A stretch of DNA of 59,126 nt from an uncultured Oscillospiraceae bacterium. GTDB taxonomy: Bacteria; Bacillota; Clostridia; Oscillospirales; Oscillospiraceae. Both the position numbers and the translations under genes were made by a program. Each line of letters begins with the position of its first letter. The stretch's first letter is position 1. The stretch spans positions 1 to 59,126 of the forward strand of contig CALWYO010000032.1 in the NCBI GenBank assembly GCA_944385785.1, read 5' to 3'. Shown piece after piece: positions 8,106 to 16,099 of this stretch. The notes below the pieces were generated by a model. That model worked only from the letters and a program-made list of their open reading frames with translations. It was not told where the DNA came from and did not search any database.

Positions 8106-8810
8106 ATGATATTGTGTCTGGGAGACAGTCTGACAAGAGGTACAGTAGGATTCACATATATTAAGTTTGTAAAAAAAGGTAAATGGAAAAATAAGGGCAA
8201 AAATGGTGACACCACATATGGCGCGTTAAATAGATTGAAAAAATACAGACAAAAAGACTGGTACAATTCGGTAGATGTTTGTATTGTTGAAATAGGCACT
8301 AATGATCTTTTGCAACCTTTTTTATGCCGAGTTTCATGGTTTTGGAAGGCTTTTTTAAAAAATAGGACTTGGAAACAGTGGGCTTTGGAGCCGCTAAAAT
8401 ATGAAACACTTATGAGGCAGATTTTAGACTGTCTTTCTGAGGATGGGAAGAAAGTAGTGCTTGTTGGATTACCAATGATTCAGTTGGATAAGTATCCTCT
8501 GGATAAACTCTACGAGAGAAATAAGATAATCAGACGATTGGCAGATGAGTATGGAGCCGGTTTTGTCGATATTCTGCGATTGGAAGAAATGCGTAGACCT
8601 GGATGCAACAGGGAGTATAAATGGGGGCAGACAGGTATTGTACGCGGAATAGATATTGTGCTTATGCTTATATTTCCGTTTTTAAAGAATCTTTTTTCCA
8701 GAGTGAGAAGGTTGGAACTTACTGTAGACGGAGTGCATTTTAATTCTTTTACAGCAAAACTTCTGGCAGAAAATCTGGAAAGTGAAGTTAAACGAGTACG
8801 GAGTGCTTAA
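8106..8810 (+). CDS. SGNH/GDSL-family hydrolase
   Basis: Block I ILCLGDSLTRG, block III GTNDL and block V DGVHFN. Confidence 0.75.
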   Translation: MILCLGDSLTRGTVGFTYIKFVKKGKWKNKGKNGDTTYGALNRLKKYRQKDWYNSVDVCIVEIGTNDLLQPFLCRVSWFWKAFLKNRTWKQWALEPLKYETLMRQILDCLSEDGKKVVLVGLPMIQLDKYPLDKLYERNKIIRRLADEYGAGFVDILRLEEMRRPGCNREYKWGQTGIVRGIDIVLMLIFPFLKNLFSRVRRLELTVDGVHFNSFTAKLLAENLESEVKRVRSA

Positions 8811-8813
8811 AGT

Positions 8814-9476
8814 ATGGATAAAAAAATATGTTATATATTTGGCGCAGGAGAATATGACGATATCAATTTTGAATTTGCAAATGGGAAAAATGGATTTATC
8901 ATAGCCGCAGATGGTGGCTATAAATGGCTTGAGTCCAAAGGAATAAAACCAGGGCTCCTTGTGGGAGATATGGACTCCCTGGAGGTTGTCCCAGAAAAAA
9001 TTGAAACTGTGAAAATGGAGCCCGAAAAGGATGACACAGATATGGCGATCGCCATAAGTGAGGGACTTAAACGCGGATATGATTGCTTCTATATATTTGG
9101 CGGACTGGGAGGACGGCTTGATCACACCATAGGCAATATTCAGCAGATAATCAGGTTATCACGAATGGGAATTCAGGCATTTTTAATAAGTCAGAGGTTC
9201 AGCGCCACAGCCATACATAATGGAGAGGCAGTTTTTCCACATGGATATACAGGGTACCTATCTGTTTTTGCATATGGAGGTATGGCGACAGGCGTGTGCG
9301 AAGAGGGATTAAAATATTTGTTGGATGATGCCTCGCTGTACGACGATGTGCCCCTGGGAGTTAGCAATGAATTTACCGGCAGCGGTGCGAGAGTAAGTGT
9401 GGAATCGGGGACACTTCTAATTATATGGCAACAGAATTTAGACAAGAACTTACCGGAATTGCGGTGGTATAAATAA
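8814..9476 (+). CDS. thiN: Thiamine diphosphokinase
   Basis: IIAADGGYKWL..LLVGDMDS..EKDDTDMAIAI..GGLGGRLDHTIGNI are typical TPK motifs. Confidence 0.85.
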   Translation: MDKKICYIFGAGEYDDINFEFANGKNGFIIAADGGYKWLESKGIKPGLLVGDMDSLEVVPEKIETVKMEPEKDDTDMAIAISEGLKRGYDCFYIFGGLGGRLDHTIGNIQQIIRLSRMGIQAFLISQRFSATAIHNGEAVFPHGYTGYLSVFAYGGMATGVCEEGLKYLLDDASLYDDVPLGVSNEFTGSGARVSVESGTLLIIWQQNLDKNLPELRWYK

Positions 9477-9504
9477 TTTTCATAATACACTTACGGAGGA
9501 AAAG

Positions 9505-10176
9505 ATGAATATTAAGGGAGCAGTATTTGACATGGACGGCACTTTGCTGGATTCCATGCAGCTGTGGGATACAATGGGGTCCGGTTTTTTGCTTAGAAGA
9601 GGTATTACGCCTGAAGAGGATATAGATAAGAAGTATAAATCAATGAGCATTGTTGAAGCGGCGGAGTATTATCGGGACAATTATGGGCTCACAGAGACTG
9701 TGGACCAGATCAGGAGCCAGATAAACAGCTATGTTGAGGACGGATACCGCAATAAAGTTACGGCAAAAAAAGGAGTCGTAGAATTTTTAAACAGGTTAAA
9801 GCAGCAGGGAGTAAAAATGGCTGTAGCCACAAGCACAGACAGATATCTGGTTGAAATCGCTCTTAAACAGAGCGGTATAAGGGATTTCTTCCAGGATATA
9901 CTTACATGTACAGAATACGGGTGCGATAAAAATACGCCCTATATTTACCTGAAGGCGTTTGAGCTTTTAGGTGTTAAGAAGGACGAAGCGGTGGTGTTTG
10001 AAGATGCACCGCATGCAATCCGTGCTGCAAAAAGCGGCGGCCTTACAGTAGTGGGAGTGGCGGATAGTTCATATACTGCTGAACGACAAAAACTTATAGA
10101 AATATGCGATGTATTTATAGACTCGTATGATGAACTTCTGAATGACGGATTTTCAATTGATGGGAAAAAGAACTGA
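9505..10176 (+). CDS. HAD-superfamily hydrolase (subfamily IA, beta-PGM-like)
   Basis: The FDMDGTLLDS motif I, a cap domain, ATST motif II and FEDAPHAI motif IV region. Confidence 0.8.
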   Translation: MNIKGAVFDMDGTLLDSMQLWDTMGSGFLLRRGITPEEDIDKKYKSMSIVEAAEYYRDNYGLTETVDQIRSQINSYVEDGYRNKVTAKKGVVEFLNRLKQQGVKMAVATSTDRYLVEIALKQSGIRDFFQDILTCTEYGCDKNTPYIYLKAFELLGVKKDEAVVFEDAPHAIRAAKSGGLTVVGVADSSYTAERQKLIEICDVFIDSYDELLNDGFSIDGKKN

Positions 10177-10186
10177 ACTGTAAAGT

Positions 10187-10214
10187 AAAAGGCAGCTAAA
10201 ATAGCTGCCTTTTA
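10187..10214. terminator. Bidirectional terminator between the HAD gene (+) and the TPM gene (-)
   Basis: aaaaggcagct-aaaat-agctgcctttt. Confidence 0.75.
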
Positions 10215-10233
10215 CTGATTCTTAATTAGACTG

Positions 10234-11133
10234 TTAGCGCCGTCCGCCAAAACCTCCGCCGGAGCGTCCGCCTCCGCCGCGGAAACTGCTTCTGCCAGAG
10301 CGTCCGCCGAAACCGCCGCCTGAACGTCCGCCAAAGCCGCGTCCGCTGGGCCGAAAACCTCTGCCTCCTCCGCCGCCACGAGGGGGACGGGGGCCGCGGG
10401 GAGGTCTTGGGCCCCTTGGCCTGTGGTGTGGACCATGCCAAAGATACCAGAAGTGATATCTTGGAATTGGTATACCCATACCGCGATAGTAAACTCGATA
10501 ACGGGCCCTGTCCATCAACACAATGATCAAGAATATGAATAGTATGACTATTATATAGATGTTCCTGAGTATAAAGTACATAATTCTTGTTCCAAGAGAT
10601 GGACCATCTGCAGCAGGCGGTGGAGCGTACGAACCATCAATGCCTGAAGATGCGGGGCCAAATTCATCTTCGTACCAGTTGAAAAGAGCATTGGATAAGT
10701 TCGTTACTGCCTCATCATAGTTCCCAGCGTCAAAATCATCCCAGAAATATCTATTGAGATAATCATTTTTTGTGCTGTCTGGAAAAACAGACTCTATTTC
10801 AGATCCGACAGTAATACCGCCCCGCTTTTCCTGAGTTGATGCAACGAGAAGAATACCGTTTCCAGATATTTGCCAGTCATTAAAGAGCTGCACAGCGTAC
10901 TCATCGGCGTACACATCGCCAAAATAGTCTATCAGAACTATGATCAGCTGGGCGTCATATGAATTTTCCAAAATAGAGTTCATATTTATGATACTCTCGA
11001 TTGTCGAACGGGAAAGAACGCCGGATTCATCGGTTACATAAAAATCACTGCTGGGCTCAAGGGCAAATACCGTTGATGCAGCGGAAAATAAAAGAACCAA
11101 AGCCAGAAGACAAGAAAATAATTTTTTCGTCAT
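10234..11133 (-). CDS. TPM-domain (YgcG-like) membrane protein with a Gly/Arg-rich (RGG) C-terminal tail
   Basis: Signal peptide, then a TPM-like region (FYVTDESGVLS..QLIIVLID..), a TM segment (IYIIVILFIFLIIVLM) and an RG/GG-rich tail of about 65 aa. The start overlaps the upstream stop as ATGA. GGAGGG RBS. Confidence 0.75.
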   Translation of the reverse strand: MTKKLFSCLLALVLLFSAASTVFALEPSSDFYVTDESGVLSRSTIESIINMNSILENSYDAQLIIVLIDYFGDVYADEYAVQLFNDWQISGNGILLVASTQEKRGGITVGSEIESVFPDSTKNDYLNRYFWDDFDAGNYDEAVTNLSNALFNWYEDEFGPASSGIDGSYAPPPAADGPSLGTRIMYFILRNIYIIVILFIFLIIVLMDRARYRVYYRGMGIPIPRYHFWYLWHGPHHRPRGPRPPRGPRPPRGGGGGRGFRPSGRGFGGRSGGGFGGRSGRSSFRGGGGRSGGGFGGRR

Positions 11134-11711
11134 GTATTCCCTCCAAAGCTCTCCGGTGCGTCAATAGAAAATATACTTGCAATGATATCTGCAGGAAACC
11201 TCTGGAAAACCTCCGTTATAAAGTTCTGAACAGAACTGTTATATGGATTGCGTCCAATGGCCTCACGAGACTGAATAAAAAGCTCAGAATATATTTCCAC
11301 ACTCTCTCCTTCGGAGTCAGTGAGGCTAAGGTCTGAGACAATACTCATAAAACTATCGAATGCGGAAGAGAGGGTGTGATAAGCGGCATATTTATCGCCT
11401 ATGCTGTTTGCGCCCAAAAGATCTTCCCTTGCTGTTCTCATTCTGTCAGTGACATCTGTCAGTTCGGCATGATTTGTACCGATTGTTATAAGGCCGAGAG
11501 CAGCGCGGGAAGCATCTGAGAGGTATGAAGCGATACTACCTGAAGTATAATCGCCGTCCTCAATATAAACGCCGTTATAGAAGCCCTCCTCCACATTATT
11601 GGAAGCGCGCTTAAGACTTGCTCTTGCACCAAGAGGCGTGGATATAAGGACAACTGCGGCCAGTAGGGAGAAAGCAAAGACCCGGCTCTTTAAAATGTCA
11701 GGTATTTTCAT
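11130..11711 (-). CDS. LemA-like membrane-anchored protein (divergent)
   Basis: N-terminal anchor. The C-terminus REAIGRNPYNSSVQNFITEVFQRFPADIIASIF resembles the LemA pattern AR..YN..V..YN....FP.N.vA..FGF. There are ATGA overlaps with both neighbouring genes. Confidence 0.45.
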   Translation of the reverse strand: MKIPDILKSRVFAFSLLAAVVLISTPLGARASLKRASNNVEEGFYNGVYIEDGDYTSGSIASYLSDASRAALGLITIGTNHAELTDVTDRMRTAREDLLGANSIGDKYAAYHTLSSAFDSFMSIVSDLSLTDSEGESVEIYSELFIQSREAIGRNPYNSSVQNFITEVFQRFPADIIASIFSIDAPESFGGNT

Positions 11712-12886
11712 CTTGCGATATTATTTATGTCCAGGAGCTTTTCCTTAAGTTCGCTTTCAATTTTACCGAGTTCCGTCTCTGCCTGGCGACGTTTCTGAGC
11801 GCCCTCAGCCTGAATTGTTCTTACTTCTTCAAGCGTTTCAATAAGGGACTGGTTGGTGGACTTAAGCGTTTCGATGTCTACGATTCCGCGCTCGGCCTCG
11901 CGTGCAATTTCTACAGATCCCATTTTCAATTTTTCGGCGTTCTTCTTGAGAAGCTCATTTGTCATATTGGTGACTTCTCTCTGAGCCTCCATGGCCTGCT
12001 GGGAATGATGAAGACCAAGAGCCAGAACCATTTGACTCTTCCACAGAGGGATTGTATTTACAAGAGAAGTTTGAATTTTTTCCACCATTAGGGTGTCATT
12101 GTTTTGTATAAGTCTGATTTGCGGAGACATCTGAACGGATATCATTCTTGTAAGTTCAAGGTCGTGAAGTTTCTTATCAAACCGACTTATCATATTAGCA
12201 TAGTCGCTGGCGGCCTGCGCGTCTTCAGGAAGCCCAGATTCTTTGGCTTTGTTTTGAAGCTGGGGAAGCGTGACGGTTTCGCACTCTTGCAGTTTTTTCT
12301 TGCCGGCGAGTATATACATGGTGAGCTCTTTGTAATAAGCCTGATTCAGCTCGTACATTTTATCCAGAGTTGCCACATCTTTAAGGAGGACAACCTGATG
12401 TTTTTCAAGGGCTTCGGCTATCTTATCAACATTTTTTTCCGCCTTGTCGTACTGAGCTTTTATTGATGCTATCTGTTTTTCAATTTTCCGCTTGATTCCG
12501 AAAATTCCACGTTTCTCGTCTTCACCGTAGTCGAAATCTTTAAGTTCTACTACAAGATCAGAGAGCATGTCGCCGACTTCGCCCATATCCTTGGTTCGAA
12601 CGCTGTCTAACGTGGCTCCTGAGAAATCAGCTATATTTTTTTGGGATGCGGCGCCATACTGAAGTATGGCGTTTGTGTCGGTTATATCAATTTTCTGGGA
12701 AAACTCTTCTACAGCCTTCATCTCTTCGGGGGAAAGTTGGCTCTGTTCGTGTTCGGTAGCGGTGACGACTGGGGTTTCTGCTTCCGTCTGAGCCGCTTCC
12801 TGGGCTGCTGCCTGCGTTGCAGCGGGAGTGGTGGGTGTTGCGTCAAATGTAAGGGTGGGGGTATAGCCGCCGTTTTGTTCAGACAT
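11708..12886 (-). CDS. telA: TelA/YaaN-family toxic anion resistance protein
   Basis: The translation (..ILQYGAASQKNIADFSGATLDSVRTKDMGEVGDMLSDLVVELKDFD..) and its all-helical, coiled architecture fit TelA. RBS AAAGGAAAGGA. Confidence 0.8.
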   Translation of the reverse strand: MSEQNGGYTPTLTFDATPTTPAATQAAAQEAAQTEAETPVVTATEHEQSQLSPEEMKAVEEFSQKIDITDTNAILQYGAASQKNIADFSGATLDSVRTKDMGEVGDMLSDLVVELKDFDYGEDEKRGIFGIKRKIEKQIASIKAQYDKAEKNVDKIAEALEKHQVVLLKDVATLDKMYELNQAYYKELTMYILAGKKKLQECETVTLPQLQNKAKESGLPEDAQAASDYANMISRFDKKLHDLELTRMISVQMSPQIRLIQNNDTLMVEKIQTSLVNTIPLWKSQMVLALGLHHSQQAMEAQREVTNMTNELLKKNAEKLKMGSVEIAREAERGIVDIETLKSTNQSLIETLEEVRTIQAEGAQKRRQAETELGKIESELKEKLLDINNIAR

Positions 12887-12982
12887 AATATCCTTTCCTT
12901 TCGTATGGGTGTTTTACATCCAGATTATGACTTTATATAATTTACAGACTATCAGACTATATTGTTTTACAATTGTTACTGT

Positions 12983-13621
12983 TTAAAAATCTTTGCCAGA
13001 CAGGCCTTCCCGTTTTAGCATGGCCTCAAGAACATCTATATCGGTTTCGATATCAAGGGCCTGATTTGCAAAGAGCGCGTCCAGCTGCTTTTCATAAGCG
13101 GCGATTGTTGTATCGAGAATTTCTTCAATGCGTCTCAATGTTCCGCTGATATTCTCGCCTTCAATCCCCTGGGCAGACATGCGATCATAGGCGTTAAGAA
13201 GTTTAAGCGTGGCGGGGAGAAAATATCCGGCAAACCTTTTGATTTTGGAATAGTCGCTGGGATCTTCATGTAGGTCGTCAAATATTCGCCCAGTGACATC
13301 GATGAGTTTATCTATTTTTTCCTGTATTTCTATGTCTGAAATTGTAGAACGCAGCCGCTTCATTTCGCTGATTGCCAGTTGACCTTCATTGTAGAGCACA
13401 TCGATTTTGGCATCTCCAGTAGTAATTGGCTCTTCAGGAACCTCAACCGTTATTATTTTACCCGGGAACAACTTGGATAACAAGATGTACGATATTAAGC
13501 CTATAATAACGAGAAATATATAATGTGACGGCTTGTACAATGGAAAGAAAATACAGTATAGAAGCCAAATCACAGATGTTATATACACTGGTACAGGTGA
13601 ACGCTTTTTTACTTGTTTCAT
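12983..13621 (-). CDS. xpaC: XpaC-like (5-bromo-4-chloroindolyl phosphate hydrolysis family) membrane protein
   Basis: Two N-terminal TM segments are followed by a helical domain (..FAGYFLPATLKLLNAYDRM..). It sits directly upstream of telA, as xpaC does relative to yaaN in Bacillus subtilis. Confidence 0.65.
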   Translation of the reverse strand: MKQVKKRSPVPVYITSVIWLLYCIFFPLYKPSHYIFLVIIGLISYILLSKLFPGKIITVEVPEEPITTGDAKIDVLYNEGQLAISEMKRLRSTISDIEIQEKIDKLIDVTGRIFDDLHEDPSDYSKIKRFAGYFLPATLKLLNAYDRMSAQGIEGENISGTLRRIEEILDTTIAAYEKQLDALFANQALDIETDIDVLEAMLKREGLSGKDF

Positions 13622-13732
13622 TAACAGCTCCTCTGAAACACATGTATTTTTACATTATATTATGAGGATATTGTATTATTACGCGTCTTTAAAGTCAAGA
13701 ATTTACTTTGCACTGGATAAACAGATTCCTGA

Positions 13733-13761
13733 TTGACCTTATAGACGCAGTGGTATATAAT
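13733..13761 (+). promoter_or_regulatory. Candidate sigma-A promoter (TTGACC-17-TATAAT) for rpe-recR
   Basis: TTGACC at 13733-13738, a 17-nt spacer, then TATAAT at 13756-13761. Confidence 0.55.
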
Positions 13762-13904
13762 TTTACCGGTGAAGATATGTACGCGGTGGAGCCGCCAAGA
13801 GAAAATATGGCTCAGGGCGGCTCCTATATAAAAGCAGGTCGGTATACCGTCCGCTACTTTAATTTTATGCCGCCGGACAAAGCGAGGTTCGCCAGAGGAA
13901 AGGA

Positions 13905-14567
13905 ATGAGGCTGTTGATAAAGATAGCTCCGTCTATATTATCTGCTGATTTTGGATGTCTTGATAGAGAATTGAGGTCGGTGGAGACCGCGGACTATATC
14001 CATTTTGATGTAATGGATGGAGTATTTGTGCCGAATATCTCCTTTGGAATGCCGATTTTAAAGTGTGTACGTAAACTAACTAAACTCCCCTTGGATGTGC
14101 ACCTTATGATTGAAAAACCTATAAGATATGTTTTGGAATTTGCCGATCTTGGTGCGGATATTATAACTGTCCACGCTGAATCAGATGAACAAAGAGAGAT
14201 TTTAAAGGCGATTGAGGATGTAAAGAACGCAGGTAAGCGGTGCGGAATATCCATAAAACCAGCGACACCGGTATCGGTATTGGAGGAGTACCTTGAACTC
14301 GTAGACATGATACTTGTGATGACTGTAGAGCCCGGTTTTGGAGGTCAAAAATTTATTGCTGAGATGGCTGATAAAATCCGTTGTGTCAGAAAACTTGTTG
14401 ATGAGAGAGGTCTGAAATGCGAGATTGAAGTGGACGGTGGAATCAACAGCCATACCGCTGAGATTTGTGTTGAATCTGGAGCGGATGTGCTTGTAGCCGG
14501 CAGTTCGGTATTCGGAGAAGAGTATAGAGATAGGGCGATTTTGGAGTTAAGGAGAAGCGGCTTATGA
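13905..14567 (+). CDS. rpe: Ribulose-phosphate 3-epimerase
   Basis: IAPSILSADFGCL..IHFDVMDGVFVPNISFG..VMTVEPGFGGQKF..VDGGI. Confidence 0.92.
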   Translation: MRLLIKIAPSILSADFGCLDRELRSVETADYIHFDVMDGVFVPNISFGMPILKCVRKLTKLPLDVHLMIEKPIRYVLEFADLGADIITVHAESDEQREILKAIEDVKNAGKRCGISIKPATPVSVLEEYLELVDMILVMTVEPGFGGQKFIAEMADKIRCVRKLVDERGLKCEIEVDGGINSHTAEICVESGADVLVAGSSVFGEEYRDRAILELRRSGL

Positions 14568-15163
14568 GTTTTTTTCCAGCTGCACTTGATAATCTGGTGG
14601 AGAAATTTGCTTCACTTCCGGGGATTGGATTCAAATCAGCACAGAGACTGGCATTTTATATATTGTCTCTGCCGGAAGGGGAGGCAAAAAATTTCGCGGA
14701 CGCAATTTACAAAGCAAGAAGCAGTGTGAGGTTTTGCAAAATATGTCAGAATCTGACTGATTCTGATGAGTGTGCAATATGCCGCAGCCCCACAAGAGAT
14801 GAAAAAATAGTCTGTGTTGTACAGAGTCCGAAAGATGTAGCGGCAATAGAGAGAACGCGGGAATATAATGGACGGTACCATGTGCTCCACGGCGTTATAT
14901 CACCTATGAATCATGTTGGGCCAGATGATATAAGAGTACGAGAGTTGGTAGACCGTGTCGCTGCCGGTGGTATAGAGGAGATAATAATGGCGTTGAATCC
15001 TGACACTGAGGGAGAGACGACTTCAAAGTATATCTCCAGGCTTTTAAAACCCTTTGGAGTTAAAGTGACGAGACTTGCCCACGGCATACCTGCAGGAGCC
15101 AGCCTGGAATTTGTCGATGACGCCACTATAAGTCAGGCTATCGACGGCAGGCAGGAGATGTAA
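14564..15163 (+). CDS. recR: Recombination protein RecR
   Basis: LVEKFASLPGIGFKSAQRLAFYIL (HhH), a C4 zinc finger CKICQNLTDSDECAIC and a Toprim region. The start overlaps the rpe stop as ATGA. Confidence 0.92.
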   Translation: MSFFPAALDNLVEKFASLPGIGFKSAQRLAFYILSLPEGEAKNFADAIYKARSSVRFCKICQNLTDSDECAICRSPTRDEKIVCVVQSPKDVAAIERTREYNGRYHVLHGVISPMNHVGPDDIRVRELVDRVAAGGIEEIIMALNPDTEGETTSKYISRLLKPFGVKVTRLAHGIPAGASLEFVDDATISQAIDGRQEM

Positions 15164-15278
15164 CTCTTTGTGTATACTGCTGAAAATGCTTTTTTAAAAA
15201 AGTTATGCTGTAGTTTAAGCTGAAGATATGGTATCATTCAAATGTAAAAGATGACAGAAATATAGGGGGAACTTTATT

Positions 15279-15974
15279 ATGAAAACTCGACTCAAGAAGA
15301 TAACAGCTATCGCAATGGTGCTTGCCGCTATTGTAATATTGTCATCCTGCTCTTTTGGCGGGGCCAGTGAAAAAATGACGGCTTCAAGTGTTACGGAATT
15401 AGTACAGGGTAATCTGGACGAAATTTACCTGGGAGAGTTTGACGATGATTATCTCGATATGGTAGATATAACTCGAGACGAGGCGGAAGAAGTATACATA
15501 ACAGGTCTTGAGGCTGAAGCAGAGCGTTTTGCCTCCTTTTTTGCAATTGAATATATGACTGATGACATAAAGGAGCAGATCGTAGACCTTCTCAAGGAAA
15601 TATATTCTCATGCTTCATATACGGTGGAGGAAGCTAGTAAACTTGATGATACAACGTATGCTGTACGTGTTTTGCTGGAGCCGCTGGATATTTTCCAACT
15701 GGCGTATGATTCGTATGAGGAGGCGCTTGAGCCGCTGTATGAGAAATATGCCGGCGTAGATATTTCCGCTATGACGGAGGAGGAGTACCAGGTATATGAC
15801 GCGGACTGGGCGCAGATTATGATTGACCTCTGCCGCGATAAGCTGCCTGACATGGGATATATGGATGAAAAGTCGATAGTCATACAGGTTATACAGGATG
15901 ATGACGGACTCTGGACAATATCCCAGGACGACTTTTATACCTTTGATGAACAGGTCCTCTATTATCCCCAGTAA
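15279..15974 (+). CDS. Acidic putative lipoprotein of unknown function
   Basis: The signal peptide has a lipobox (ILSSC). The mature part is very rich in Asp/Glu/Tyr. Confidence 0.6.
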   Translation: MKTRLKKITAIAMVLAAIVILSSCSFGGASEKMTASSVTELVQGNLDEIYLGEFDDDYLDMVDITRDEAEEVYITGLEAEAERFASFFAIEYMTDDIKEQIVDLLKEIYSHASYTVEEASKLDDTTYAVRVLLEPLDIFQLAYDSYEEALEPLYEKYAGVDISAMTEEEYQVYDADWAQIMIDLCRDKLPDMGYMDEKSIVIQVIQDDDGLWTISQDDFYTFDEQVLYYPQ

Positions 15975-15996
15975 GGAAAAAGATTAATTATCATAT

Positions 15997-16044
15997 AAAA
16001 GGCCGTGCCAAAAGCAATTTAGCTTTTGGCACGGCCTTTAAAAG
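15997..16044. terminator. Bidirectional terminator between the lipoprotein gene (+) and cls (-)
   Basis: aaaaggccgtgccaaaagc-aattt-agcttttggcacggcctttaaaag. Confidence 0.8.
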
Positions 16045-16099
16045 TCTCCATTCCGCTAAAGCAGCAGTCATAGAAAAGAGCTTAAGGAAGTGTGTGTGT

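Noticed and set aside
10212-10441. Ala-rich and Arg-rich ORFs (74 and 71 aa) overlapping the 3' end of the TPM gene
   Set aside because: They are alternative frames of the GC-rich RGG-repeat DNA. The in-frame continuation of the TPM protein explains the region.
13708-13776. Long (66-aa) version of the ORF upstream of rpe
   Set aside because: Its TTG start lies upstream of and across the predicted TTGACC/TATAAT promoter. Only the shorter 13777-13908 version is even plausible; see the finding on this region.
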